A stretch of 24,000 bases of DNA from the NCBI RefSeq assembly GCF_039526365.1, contig NZ_BAAAIW010000006.1. One strand, 5' to 3'. The DNA comes from Peribacillus frigoritolerans. Lineage in GTDB: Bacteria; Bacillota; Bacilli; Bacillales; DSM-1321. Position numbers and translations under genes: made by a program. This document shows positions 1-7,717 of the stretch, in pieces (positions within the stretch are counted from its first letter, which is position 1; each line of letters opens with the position of its first letter). The notes beneath the pieces are model-generated. The model saw only the letters and a list, made by a program, of their open reading frames with translations, was not told the origin of the DNA and made no database searches.

Positions 1-179
1 ATTTCAAAAATAACATTTTTTTCAATTAACTCATTTACTTGGGAAGAAACAGTGGATTTATTTAACCCTGTAATCTCAGAAAGGGCTGCCCTTGAGATTG
101 GTGAGTTTTTTAAAATTTCATTTAAAATCAACTTTTGATTCATTTTCTTTACTAATGCTTGATCTGCTATCGGAATGAT
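1..179 (-). CDS. xylR: XylR xylose repressor (ROK family), N-terminal part only; the gene continues off the left edge
   Basis: Minus-strand translation from 143 reads MNQKLILNEILKNSPISRAALSEITGLNKSTVSSQVNELIEKNVIFE, colinear with the HTH N-terminus of Bacillus XylR as I recall it. The frame stays open upstream (IPIADQALVKK) to an AAGGAG RBS at 185-190, so the real start is probably a non-ATG codon (ATT/ATC at 174-182). It is divergent from xylA, as in Bacillus xyl loci. It is truncated, so it is not in the ORF track. Confidence 0.85.
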   Translation of the reverse strand, partial: MIPIADQALVKKMNQKLILNEILKNSPISRAALSEITGLNKSTVSSQVNELIEKNVIFE

Positions 180-286
180 AATCGCTCCTTTGTTTTACCA
201 TTGAACTAAGTGTTTTTTAAAAAAATTAAAATTTAGTATGGACATAGTATATTTCTTAGTATAACGTTAATTTTCTTAAAAAAACA

Positions 287-315
287 TTGAAATAACTAAT
301 TATTTTGTATATCAT
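287..315 (+). promoter_or_regulatory. Sigma-A type promoter of the xylose operon
   Basis: TTGAAA at 287-292, a 17-nt spacer, then TATCAT at 310-315. It lies ~90 nt upstream of the xylA ATG, immediately upstream of the operator-like inverted repeat. Confidence 0.65.
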
Positions 316-324
316 GAAATAAAG

Positions 325-349
325 TTAGTTTATTGACACAACAAACTTT
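325..349. promoter_or_regulatory. XylR operator (xylO-like inverted repeat)
   Basis: TTAGTTTATTG-ACA-CAACAAACTTT. The arms match in 8 of 11 positions as an inverted repeat and resemble the Bacillus xylO core (TTAGTTTGTT...AACAAACTAA). It sits just downstream of the -10 box, where a repressor would block initiation. Confidence 0.7.
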
Positions 350-405
350 CTTGATTGATATTTCTGAAGAAAGTTTTTTACTTTAATTAAAGGGGGAAGT
401 AACAC

Positions 406-1743
406 ATGATTCAAACTGATACTAATAAAATTAATTATTTTGAAAGCGTAAACAAAGTCTCATATGAGGGAAAAGATTCTAAAAATCCTTTAGCTTTTAA
501 ATACTATAACCCAGAAGAAGTAGTAGGCGGTAAAACAATGAAGGAACAACTACGTTTCTCAGTTGCTTACTGGCATACATTCACAGCTGATGGGACAGAT
601 CCTTTTGGTGCAGCTACGATGCAAAGATCATGGAATAAATATGATGGAATGGACTTAGCAAAAGCTAGAGTAGAGGCAGCTTTTCAACTTTTCGAAAAAT
701 TAGGGGTTCCTTTCTTTGCGTTTCATGACCGAGACATCGCACCTGAAGGAAACACATTGAAAGAAACAAATGAAAATCTTGATGTAATCGTTAGCATGAT
801 GAAAGAATATATGAAAACAAGTAACGTAAAGTTATTGTGGAACACAGCTAATATGTTTACAAATCCTCGCTTCGTTCACGGTGCAGCAACTTCTTGTAAT
901 GCAGATGTATTTGCTTATGCAGCAGCCCAAGTAAAGAAAGGACTCGAAACGGCAAAAGAGTTAGGAGCAGAAAACTATGTGTTCTGGGGCGGCCGTGAAG
1001 GCTATGAAACACTGCTCAATACAAATTTAAAGTTAGAGTTAGATAACTTGGCTAGATTTATGCATATGGCTGTAGATTATGCTAAGGAAATTGAATTTAA
1101 AGGTCAATTCTTAATTGAGCCAAAACCAAAGGAACCAACGACGCATCAGTATGACACCGATGCAGCTACGACCATTTCGTTCCTAAGACAATACGGATTA
1201 GATAACCATTTTAAATTAAATCTTGAAGCTAACCATGCTACTTTAGCTGGGCATACGTTTGAACATGAATTACGCGTAGCTAGAGTTCAAGGCTTCTTGG
1301 GATCAGTGGATGCAAATCAAGGTGATCCTCTTTTAGGATGGGATACCGATGAGTTCCCAACAGATCTATATTCTACAACTTTAGCAATGTATGAGATCCT
1401 GCAAAATGGAGGATTAGGCAGTGGAGGGTTAAATTTTGATGCTAAAGTGCGCAGAGGTTCCTTTGAACAAGAAGATTTAGTATATGCCCATGTGGCTGGG
1501 ATGGATGCGTTCGCTAGAGGTTTAAAAGTGGCACATAAATTATTGGAAGATCGTGTTTTTGAAAACATCATTGATGAACGCTACAGCAGTTTCAAAAAAG
1601 GAATTGGTCTTGAGATTGTTGAAGGAAGGGCCAACTTCCAAACACTAGAGCAGTATGCATTACAAAATCCGAACATTACGAATAATTCAGGAAGACAGGA
1701 ACGATTAAAAGCCACCTTAAATCAATATATTTTAGAAGTTTAA
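406..1743 (+). CDS. xylA: Xylose isomerase
   Basis: 445 aa with the family motifs [41 protein letters not shown] and GWDTDEFP. An AAAGGGGGAAG RBS precedes the ATG. Confidence 0.97.
   Translation: MIQTDTNKINYFESVNKVSYEGKDSKNPLAFKYYNPEEVVGGKTMKEQLRFSVAYWHTFTADGTDPFGAATMQRSWNKYDGMDLAKARVEAAFQLFEKLGVPFFAFHDRDIAPEGNTLKETNENLDVIVSMMKEYMKTSNVKLLWNTANMFTNPRFVHGAATSCNADVFAYAAAQVKKGLETAKELGAENYVFWGGREGYETLLNTNLKLELDNLARFMHMAVDYAKEIEFKGQFLIEPKPKEPTTHQYDTDAATTISFLRQYGLDNHFKLNLEANHATLAGHTFEHELRVARVQGFLGSVDANQGDPLLGWDTDEFPTDLYSTTLAMYEILQNGGLGSGGLNFDAKVRRGSFEQEDLVYAHVAGMDAFARGLKVAHKLLEDRVFENIIDERYSSFKKGIGLEIVEGRANFQTLEQYALQNPNITNNSGRQERLKATLNQYILEV
441..454. promoter_or_regulatory. CcpA catabolite-responsive element (cre) inside the 5' end of xylA
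   Basis: TGAAAGCGTAAACA fits the WTGNAANCGNWNNCW consensus at every specified position. An intragenic cre early in xylA is the known arrangement in Bacillus xyl operons. Confidence 0.7.
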
Positions 1744-1748
1744 CGGAT

Positions 1749-1781
1749 AAAAGAGAGTAGAAACAAATTCTGCTCTCTTTT
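1749..1781 (+). other. Intercistronic stem-loop between xylA and xylB
   Basis: AAAAGAGAG (1749-1757) pairs with CTCTCTTTT (1773-1781), and an inner AGAA/TTCT pairing extends the stem. It is followed by TTTTATAAAA and then the xylB RBS GGAGG. It may be an mRNA stabiliser or a weak attenuator. Confidence 0.5.
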
Positions 1782-1801
1782 ATAAAAGTGGAGGAATCAA
1801 G

Positions 1802-3304
1802 ATGAAATATATTATAGGAATTGATCTAGGAACGAGCGCTGTCAAAACTGTTTTAGTTAATACAAAAGGTGAGATCTGTGCAGAAGCTTCTAAAAATTAC
1901 CCTCTTCTGCATGAAAAAACAGGATATAGTGAACAAAATCCAGAGGAGTGGATTCAGCAGACTGCTAGTGCTTTAAATGAGCTAATCTCCAAATCCGATG
2001 TAAGACCAGAAGATATAGAAGGAATAAGTTATTCTGGACAAATGCACGGTCTAGTACTGTTGGATAAGAATCATAATCTCTTACGTCATGCTATTTTATG
2101 GAACGATACAAGGACGACAGCACAGTGTCATCAGCTATATGAAATGATTGGAGAGAAACGTCTTTTAGAAATAACAAAAAATCAAGCTTTGGAAGGGTTT
2201 ACACTACCTAAGCTGCTATGGGTTAAAGAGCATGAACCGGAGATATTTGATCAAGCAGCTGTATTTATGCTGCCTAAAGACTATTTACGCTTCAAAATGA
2301 CTGGCTTAATTCATAGTGAATATTCAGATGCTGCCGGTACATTATTGTTGAACGTGAGCGAGAAAAAATGGAGCGAAGAGCTTTGTCAATCAGTGGGCAT
2401 TGATATCAGCATTTGCCCATCGTTAGTGGAATCCAGTGAATGTGTCGGAACAATTAATGAAGAATTCTCTCAAAAAACAGGGCTAACATTAGCGACTAAG
2501 GTATTTGCAGGTGGAGCTGATAATGCTTGTGGAGCAATTGGAGCTGGTATTCTATCATCAGGAGAAACGTTATGCAGCATCGGTACATCTGGTGTCGTAC
2601 TTTCTTATGAGGAGCGAAATGATAGGGACTTTGCTGGGAAGGTGCATTATTTCAATCATGGAAAAGAAAATGCTTTTTATACGATGGGAGTTACATTATC
2701 TGCTGGCCACAGTTTAAGTTGGTTTAGAGACAATTTTGCTGAAAATGAGTCATTTGAAGAACTACTGGCTGATATAAACAATGTTCCAATTGGTTCAAAT
2801 GGGCTTCTATTTACTCCATACTTAGTTGGGGAACGAACACCACATGCAGATGCTACTATACGTGGAAGCTTTATAGGAATGGATGCTTCTCATAAAAAGA
2901 GGGATTTTACAAGGGCAGTCATTGAAGGAATTACCTTCTCATTAAATGAATCAATAGAAATTTTTCGAGAAAATGGAAAAGAAATTACGTCTATTGTATC
3001 AATTGGCGGGGGAGCAAAAAACGATAGTTGGCTTCAGATTCAAGCAGACGTTTTTAACACAAAAGTTATAAAACTATCTACTGAGCAAGGACCGGCGCTA
3101 GGGGCAGCCATGTTAGCCGCTTATGGTTGTGGGTGGTACAACTCATTAGAAGAATGCGCAGATTTATTCATATCTTCTTCAAAAACATATCAACCTAAAT
3201 TAGAAAATGTTCCAGTGTATAAACAACTTTATGCTTTATATAAAGAGGTATATTACCAAACAAAAGACTTAAGCAAAAAGCTGAATCAATTTAGCAGAAA
3301 GTAA
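1802..3304 (+). CDS. xylB: Xylulokinase (FGGY carbohydrate kinase)
   Basis: 500 aa with IGIDLGTSAVKTVLV at the N-terminus, plus GQMHGLVLLD, WNDTRT and GGGAKN. It lies directly after xylA. Confidence 0.95.
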   Translation: MKYIIGIDLGTSAVKTVLVNTKGEICAEASKNYPLLHEKTGYSEQNPEEWIQQTASALNELISKSDVRPEDIEGISYSGQMHGLVLLDKNHNLLRHAILWNDTRTTAQCHQLYEMIGEKRLLEITKNQALEGFTLPKLLWVKEHEPEIFDQAAVFMLPKDYLRFKMTGLIHSEYSDAAGTLLLNVSEKKWSEELCQSVGIDISICPSLVESSECVGTINEEFSQKTGLTLATKVFAGGADNACGAIGAGILSSGETLCSIGTSGVVLSYEERNDRDFAGKVHYFNHGKENAFYTMGVTLSAGHSLSWFRDNFAENESFEELLADINNVPIGSNGLLFTPYLVGERTPHADATIRGSFIGMDASHKKRDFTRAVIEGITFSLNESIEIFRENGKEITSIVSIGGGAKNDSWLQIQADVFNTKVIKLSTEQGPALGAAMLAAYGCGWYNSLEECADLFISSSKTYQPKLENVPVYKQLYALYKEVYYQTKDLSKKLNQFSRK

Positions 3305-3352
3305 CTGGTTGGATTTGAATCATGCATCCCTTTCTTCGAAAAGGAGATTAAT

Positions 3353-4399
3353 ATGAAAATAGAAGAGGGAATTTTCGGTGAAATAAATAGAGAATTGGTA
3401 AAGTCTTATACAATCATGAATAATCAAAACATAAAAGTAACCTGTATTGATTATGGATGTACGATTACTAGAATTGATGTACCAGACAAAGAAGGGAATA
3501 TAGAAAATATCGTGTTAGGATTTGATTCTGCAGAAGATTATTTACATTATTCCCCTTATTTTGGTGCAGTAATCGGTCGAGTGGCAGGGAGAGTTAATCC
3601 ACCAAGCGTTGATATGGAAGGGTTTACATACCTCCTCGCTGAGAATGAAGGGAGAACTCATTTACACGGTGGACCTGAGGGATTCCATAACGTAATCTGG
3701 AAATCCTCTACTAGTGAGAGTGTAGATGAGGCTAGTGTGACATTTACTTATATGAGTCCTGATGGAGAAGCTGGTTATCCTGGAAATCTTGAGGCAAGCG
3801 TCGTTTACACTCTCACTGAAAATAATGATCTTATAATAACCTATCATGGTATTTCAGATAAAAATACGTTATTAAATTTAACCAATCATACTTACTTTAA
3901 TCTGAGTGGCAATTTAAAAGAAGATATCTTACAGCATGAATTAACTATGAAAAGTGATAAGTTTTTAGAGCTTGATCAGTCCTTACTGCCTACAGGCAAT
4001 TTAATAGACGTTGAACATACACCTTTTGATTTTAGAGCGGGAAAGCGAATTATTGAAGGAGTAAATTCCAAACATCAACAAAATGAAATAGTTGGAAATG
4101 GGTATGACCATCCATTCTTATTAAGTGAAAATCATCAAAAAGAAATTTGTTTGGTTAATCCTTCTAACGGACGGAAAATGATAGTGGAAACAGATGAGCC
4201 ATATGTTGTTTTATATACGGGAAATATGTTAGAAGATACTTTTCTAATTAGAGGAATTCCTTGTCAAAAACACCTTGGCTTATGTCTCGAAACTCAACAT
4301 CCGCCAAATGCCATTCATAATCAGCAATTACCTTCTATTTTATTAGAAAAAAATAAAGAGTATCATTCTAAAACTCGTTTTACGTTTACCATCGAGTAA
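3353..4399 (+). CDS. galM: Aldose 1-epimerase (mutarotase, GalM family)
   Basis: 348 aa with THLHGGPEGFHNVIW, GEAGYPGNL, NLTNHTYFNL and a C-terminal CLETQHPPNA motif, all typical of aldose 1-epimerases. An AAAGGAG RBS precedes it. Confidence 0.88.
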   Translation: MKIEEGIFGEINRELVKSYTIMNNQNIKVTCIDYGCTITRIDVPDKEGNIENIVLGFDSAEDYLHYSPYFGAVIGRVAGRVNPPSVDMEGFTYLLAENEGRTHLHGGPEGFHNVIWKSSTSESVDEASVTFTYMSPDGEAGYPGNLEASVVYTLTENNDLIITYHGISDKNTLLNLTNHTYFNLSGNLKEDILQHELTMKSDKFLELDQSLLPTGNLIDVEHTPFDFRAGKRIIEGVNSKHQQNEIVGNGYDHPFLLSENHQKEICLVNPSNGRKMIVETDEPYVVLYTGNMLEDTFLIRGIPCQKHLGLCLETQHPPNAIHNQQLPSILLEKNKEYHSKTRFTFTIE

Positions 4400-4521
4400 A
4401 AACCTTTGGTATTCAATGGTCTAATGTTGTTTTAGTGAAATGAAAATCTACAATGGAAGGGAGGATAAAAGCAGTTAGTAGAATGGGTGAGGGAAGAGAG
4501 GTCCTTCTTGTTCATTAATTT

Positions 4522-4549
4522 TGAAAGCGCAACCAAAAGTATGCGCTTT
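4522..4549. promoter_or_regulatory. Second cre box, forming the left arm of an 8-bp stem-loop upstream of xylT
   Basis: TGAAAGCGCAACCA (4522-4535) fits WTGNAANCGNWNNCW. AAAGCGCA (4524-4531) is perfectly complementary to TGCGCTTT (4542-4549), with a 10-nt loop. Confidence 0.5.
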
Positions 4550-4590
4550 AATATTAAATGGACTTCATTCATAACTGTTTTTAGTAAAAC

Positions 4591-6012
4591 ATGAAGCAAA
4601 AACGAAACTCATTATATATCTTTTCGATTACATTAGTCGCCGCAATTGGAGGATTACTGTTTGGATATGATACAGCTGTAATTTCTGGAGCAGAAGAATC
4701 TTTAAAGGTTTATTTAATCGACAGCTTAGGCTTAGGCCCTTTGGCACATGGTGTCACCGTATCAAGTGCTTTAATAGGATGTATTATCGGAGGATTAATT
4801 TCCGGCTATTTTGGATCAAGACTAGGACGTAAAAAATCACTTATACTTGCAGCGATTCTTTTTATAGTATCAGCATTGGGTGCTTCTTATCCTGAATTTT
4901 TATTTTTTACAAAAGGTGAACCAACACTTTCTTTATTACTAGCTTTTAACTTTTATCGAATTATAGGGGGGATTGGTGTTGGATTAGCGTCTGCCATTTG
5001 TCCAATCTATATAGGGGAAATTGCTCCGGCTGATATTCGCGGCAGATTGGTATCATTTAATCAGTTTATGATTATTTTTGGTATGTTAGTCGTTTACTTT
5101 GTAAACTGGGGTATTGCAAATGGTGAAACGTTAGAATGGATAAATGATGTAGGATGGAGGTACATGTTTGCTTCAGGAGCGATACCAGCTTTAATCTTTG
5201 CTGTACTTTTGTTATTAGTTCCAGAAACGCCTCGCTATTTGGCAATACAGAATCAAGATCAAAAAGCTTTAGCTATTCTTACAAAAATCAATGGATCTTC
5301 AGAAGCGAAAGCGATTTTGAGTGATATTAAACAAACGACCACTATCAATATTTCATCCGAAAAATTATTCGCTTATGGAAAATTAGTTATTATTGTAGGT
5401 GTACTGCTTTCTGTATTTCAACAATTTGTAGGTATAAATGTAGCCCTATACTACGCACCGCGTATCTTTGAAAGCATGGGAGCAGCTAAAGATTCTTCCA
5501 TGCTGCAAACCATAATTATGGGATTAGTAAATGTTATCTTTACAGTTATCGCGATTTTAACAGTTGATCGATGGGGAAGAAAACCATTATTAATAGTAGG
5601 TTCCATTGGAATGGCAATTGGTATGTTTGGTGTAGCAAGCATGGCCTTTTCTAATATAATTGGAATAGGGACGCTTGTATTTATCATTATTTATACAGCT
5701 TCATTTATGATGTCGTGGGGTCCAATCTGCTGGGTGCTAATTTCAGAGATTTTCCCTAATAAAATTCGAGGTCGGGCTGTAGCTATTGCTGTAGCTGCCC
5801 AATGGGCTGCTAACTATTTTATTTCTTCTACATATCCTATGATGATGGAATATAGTGGGGGACTAACATACGGTTTCTATGGTTCAATGAGCGTGCTTTC
5901 TGCCTTATTTGTTTGGAAAATGGTTCCTGAAACCAAAGGCAAGACTCTTGAACAGATGGAGAATATATGGAGAAGAAATGTTAAAAGTTCAGAAGATAGT
6001 CAAATTATTTAA
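4591..6012 (+). CDS. xylT: D-xylose:H+ symporter (MFS sugar porter, XylE/XylT type)
   Basis: 473 aa. The N-terminus, SLYIFSITLVAAIGGLLFGYDTAVISGA, is nearly colinear with E. coli XylE as I recall it. Sugar-porter motifs are GRKKSL, PETPRYL, DRWGRKPLL and PETKGKTLEQME. It is the last gene of the xyl cluster. Confidence 0.9.
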   Translation: MKQKRNSLYIFSITLVAAIGGLLFGYDTAVISGAEESLKVYLIDSLGLGPLAHGVTVSSALIGCIIGGLISGYFGSRLGRKKSLILAAILFIVSALGASYPEFLFFTKGEPTLSLLLAFNFYRIIGGIGVGLASAICPIYIGEIAPADIRGRLVSFNQFMIIFGMLVVYFVNWGIANGETLEWINDVGWRYMFASGAIPALIFAVLLLLVPETPRYLAIQNQDQKALAILTKINGSSEAKAILSDIKQTTTINISSEKLFAYGKLVIIVGVLLSVFQQFVGINVALYYAPRIFESMGAAKDSSMLQTIIMGLVNVIFTVIAILTVDRWGRKPLLIVGSIGMAIGMFGVASMAFSNIIGIGTLVFIIIYTASFMMSWGPICWVLISEIFPNKIRGRAVAIAVAAQWAANYFISSTYPMMMEYSGGLTYGFYGSMSVLSALFVWKMVPETKGKTLEQMENIWRRNVKSSEDSQII

Positions 6013-6297
6013 ATAGTAAAATTCACTTAAACTGGACAAAAAATATTATATAAAAGGATTCTTATTGTTGGGATAGTAAGTATTGTTATTTCAGGGTCTT
6101 TATCGGAGCATGGACAGGTGGACAACAACAAAGAGCAAATTTTCATTCAGAAAAAACAAAAAGTCGAATCTTTAGGACGAAAATAGCATTAATCCCATGT
6201 CTCATAGCTGCAATTCCGTTTGGGTATTTCTGGATTAAAATGCTTTGTATAATAATACTTTGCTCTTCAACTAATGGGTCTCTTACCCTAAAAAGGA

Positions 6298-6325
6298 AGG
6301 TTGCTGAGGCAGCCTTTTTTTCTTA
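6298..6325 (+). terminator. Rho-independent terminator
   Basis: AAGGTTGC-TGAG-GCAGCCTT forms an 8-bp stem with one G-U pair and is followed by TTTTTTTC. It is the first convincing terminator downstream of xylT, about 290 nt after the stop. Confidence 0.7.
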
Positions 6326-6400
6326 TGGCACTAACGGGGCAGGTTTGATAGAAGGAAATTTCCGTAAGATAGCGAATAAAATGAAATTAAAGGTGATTAT

Positions 6401-6604
6401 ATGACCACAAGTGATGTGCAATATCTACATCCAGGTTTAAGAGTCAGGTGTGAAAAGAATATAAATCCATCAATAAGAAGAACTTGTTCAAGCTTTTCGG
6501 TTTGGTTGCGGACATATATGGAGTTTCCTATAAAGGTTATTGTATATCTAAAAAAGGTTATCAACTTAAAACCAGAGATGCAAGAGAACTGGCAAGTGCT
6601 ATAG
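6401..6604 (+). pseudogene. Frameshifted and truncated hypothetical gene running into the tandem array
   Basis: A good RBS (AAAGGTGA, 6389-6396) precedes the ATG at 6401. The frame ends at 6604, but a 1-nt change in the A6 run at 6550-6555 would join it to the 6484..6699 frame (…VIVYLKK|GYQLKTRDARELASAIV…), which then continues into repeat-encoded sequence. Confidence 0.35.
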
Positions 6605-6859
6605 TAAACGGTGCGAAATCATGGGTACAGCACGAATTCACGGGTAAACGTGCTGAATTCACGAGTAAACAAGCCGAATTCACGAGTAAATGGCCATAAC
6701 TTACGAGTAAACAGCCAAAATTCACGAGTAAACGGTGCGAAATCATGGGTACAGCACGAATTCACGGGTAAACGTGCTGAATTCACGAGTAAATGACCAT
6801 AACTTACGAGTAAACGGTGCGAAATCATGGGAAAACGTACGAAATCCCGAGTACAGTGC
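6603..6859. repeat. Tandem array of ~12 units of ~21 bp (consensus GAAWTCACGRGTAAAC plus ~5 variable nt) with higher-order 124/82-bp copies
   Basis: Unit starts are at 6615, 6634, 6655, 6676, ~6697, ~6718, 6739, 6758, 6779, ~6800, 6821 and 6841, giving spacings of 19-21 bp, mostly exactly 21. The block 6604-6727 recurs at 6728-6809 minus two 21-bp units. A third copy starts at 6810 and degenerates. Confidence 0.9.
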
Positions 6860-6917
6860 GAGCAAAATGCATATCGTAAGGGAGAGCATTCCTTGTTCAG
6901 CACTTGTAAGTACAACT

Positions 6918-7496
6918 TTATCTTAAAAAGTTAATTGTCTTAAAAGAATTGATTATAATGACGCAGAACCCGACACAGGATATCGTGATGAGGGAATACA
7001 TTAACTTTAAGTCTTTCAATATAATGATTCCCGCAATTACTATGAGAGAATCAATGATAAAAATAATAATTCCAGGATTGGTTGCTGTGGTTTTAGATAT
7101 TAATAGTGCTAGTAAATCCACTCCACCTGGGCTGATATGTTGTCTCAGCATAAAACCGACACCAATCCCAATCGTCATTCCACCGATAATGGCACTTGTT
7201 ATGATCGGCAGATGAACCAAACCGTTAAGTGGTGTTAGCCAATCAATAATGGTTGAAGTGAAAGCTAACCCAAGGATGGCATTAAAGAAATAAGACTTAT
7301 CGTATAGAAGTGATAGAAGGTATATGGGAATATTGATCATGATCATGGTATGTCCAACCTGGATTCCCCAAACATATTTGATTAATAAACTTATGCCAAA
7401 TATCCCGCCATTTATTAGATGAATGGGGATAATAAATAAGTTAAGACCAACTCCAATGCAAAAACTTGAAAAAAGCAGCGTAACAAACTTTTTCAT
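6918..7496 (-). CDS. YitT/YczE-family integral membrane protein (short form)
   Basis: I prefer the start at ATG 7496 (MKKFVTLLFSS…), which has an AAGGGGAA RBS 7 nt upstream, over the TTG at 7517; this gives 192 aa. It is polytopic and hydrophobic with an NGGIFGISLL motif typical of the YitT membrane domain. No C-terminal soluble domain is present. Confidence 0.75.
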   Translation of the reverse strand: MKKFVTLLFSSFCIGVGLNLFIIPIHLINGGIFGISLLIKYVWGIQVGHTMIMINIPIYLLSLLYDKSYFFNAILGLAFTSTIIDWLTPLNGLVHLPIITSAIIGGMTIGIGVGFMLRQHISPGGVDLLALLISKTTATNPGIIIFIIDSLIVIAGIIILKDLKLMYSLITISCVGFCVIIINSFKTINFLR

Positions 7497-7676
7497 AAAA
7501 AAATTCCCCTTGTCCAAATCATTATCTTAAAATATATGAGAGAAATCTAAATATATACTTAGCTGATTGGAAATTACGATTGCTATTTGTTCTTCATAAG
7601 ATATTTTTAATTCACATGGGAGTACGCTAATCATAGTAAAGGCCTTCTCGTTTTAGGCCGGCCATGAAGTAATTAG

Positions 7677-7717
7677 GGCAAAAAAAAAGAGACACTAAAA
7701 GAGTCTCTTTTTTTGCC
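7677..7717. terminator. Bidirectional rho-independent terminator downstream of the MFS efflux gene
   Basis: GGCAAAAAAAAAGAGAC…GTCTCTTTTTTTGCC. The AGAGAC/GTCTCT core is extended by complementary A and T runs, so it is symmetric and usable from either strand. It lies 82 nt past the stop of the minus-strand gene ending at 7799. Confidence 0.8.

Noticed and set aside
191-215. Second XylR operator overlapping the xylR RBS (minus strand TTAGTTCAATGGTAAAACAAAGG)
   Set aside because: TTAGTT and AACAAA sit at the spacing seen in xylO, but only the outer part of the left arm and the inner part of the right arm match. The two arms are therefore not complementary to each other, and the site is not a convincing dyad.
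1317-1571. Short ORFs nested inside or antisense to well-supported genes: 1317..1571-, 2505..2717+, 3662..3847-, 5451..5687-, 6949..7215+, 8613..8795+, 10289..10504-, 10623..10820-, 10715..10960-, 10902..11186+, 11038..11220-, 11196..11540-, 11960..12223-, 12518..12730-, 12776..13048-, 13305..13499-, 14080..14289-, 14571..14753-, 15129..15371+, 17522..17782-, 17692..17964-, 18941..19159-, 19848..20078+, 20814..20996-
   Set aside because: Each lies wholly or largely within a longer ORF that has clear family motifs. None has an RBS or a recognisable motif, and their compositions are typical of off-frame translation.
4400-4590. XylR operator or separate promoter in front of xylT, and a 21-codon purine-rich ORF (MEGRIKAVSRMGEGREVLLVH)
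   Set aside because: AGTTAGTAGAATG resembles the left half of xylO, but no complementary right arm follows. No -35/-10 pair with acceptable spacing was found. The mini-ORF has no RBS.
6603-6859. CRISPR array
   Set aside because: The units are contiguous 19-21-bp repeats with only ~5 variable nt between cores, so there are no ~30-bp unique spacers. The repeats are degenerate rather than identical, and no cas genes or leader are present in the window.
6603-6859. Repeat core as parS (TGTTNCACGTGAAACA), a Spo0A box (TGTCGAA) or a DnaA box cluster
   Set aside because: The resemblance is only superficial (CACG…AAAC; TTCACGA versus TTCGACA). The alignments need indels or several mismatches, and the core is not palindromic as parS is.
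6484-6926. Five ORF-track entries (6484..6699+, 6561..6746-, 6611..6796+, 6619..6915-, 6735..6926+) as possible protein-coding genes
   Set aside because: They all overlap each other in different frames and on both strands across the tandem array. Their products are repeat-derived and low-complexity (EFTSK, NSRVN, LLVNS), and none has an RBS. They are by-products of a repeat that is poor in stop codons. Only the 6484 frame is kept, and only as part of the frameshift hypothesis.
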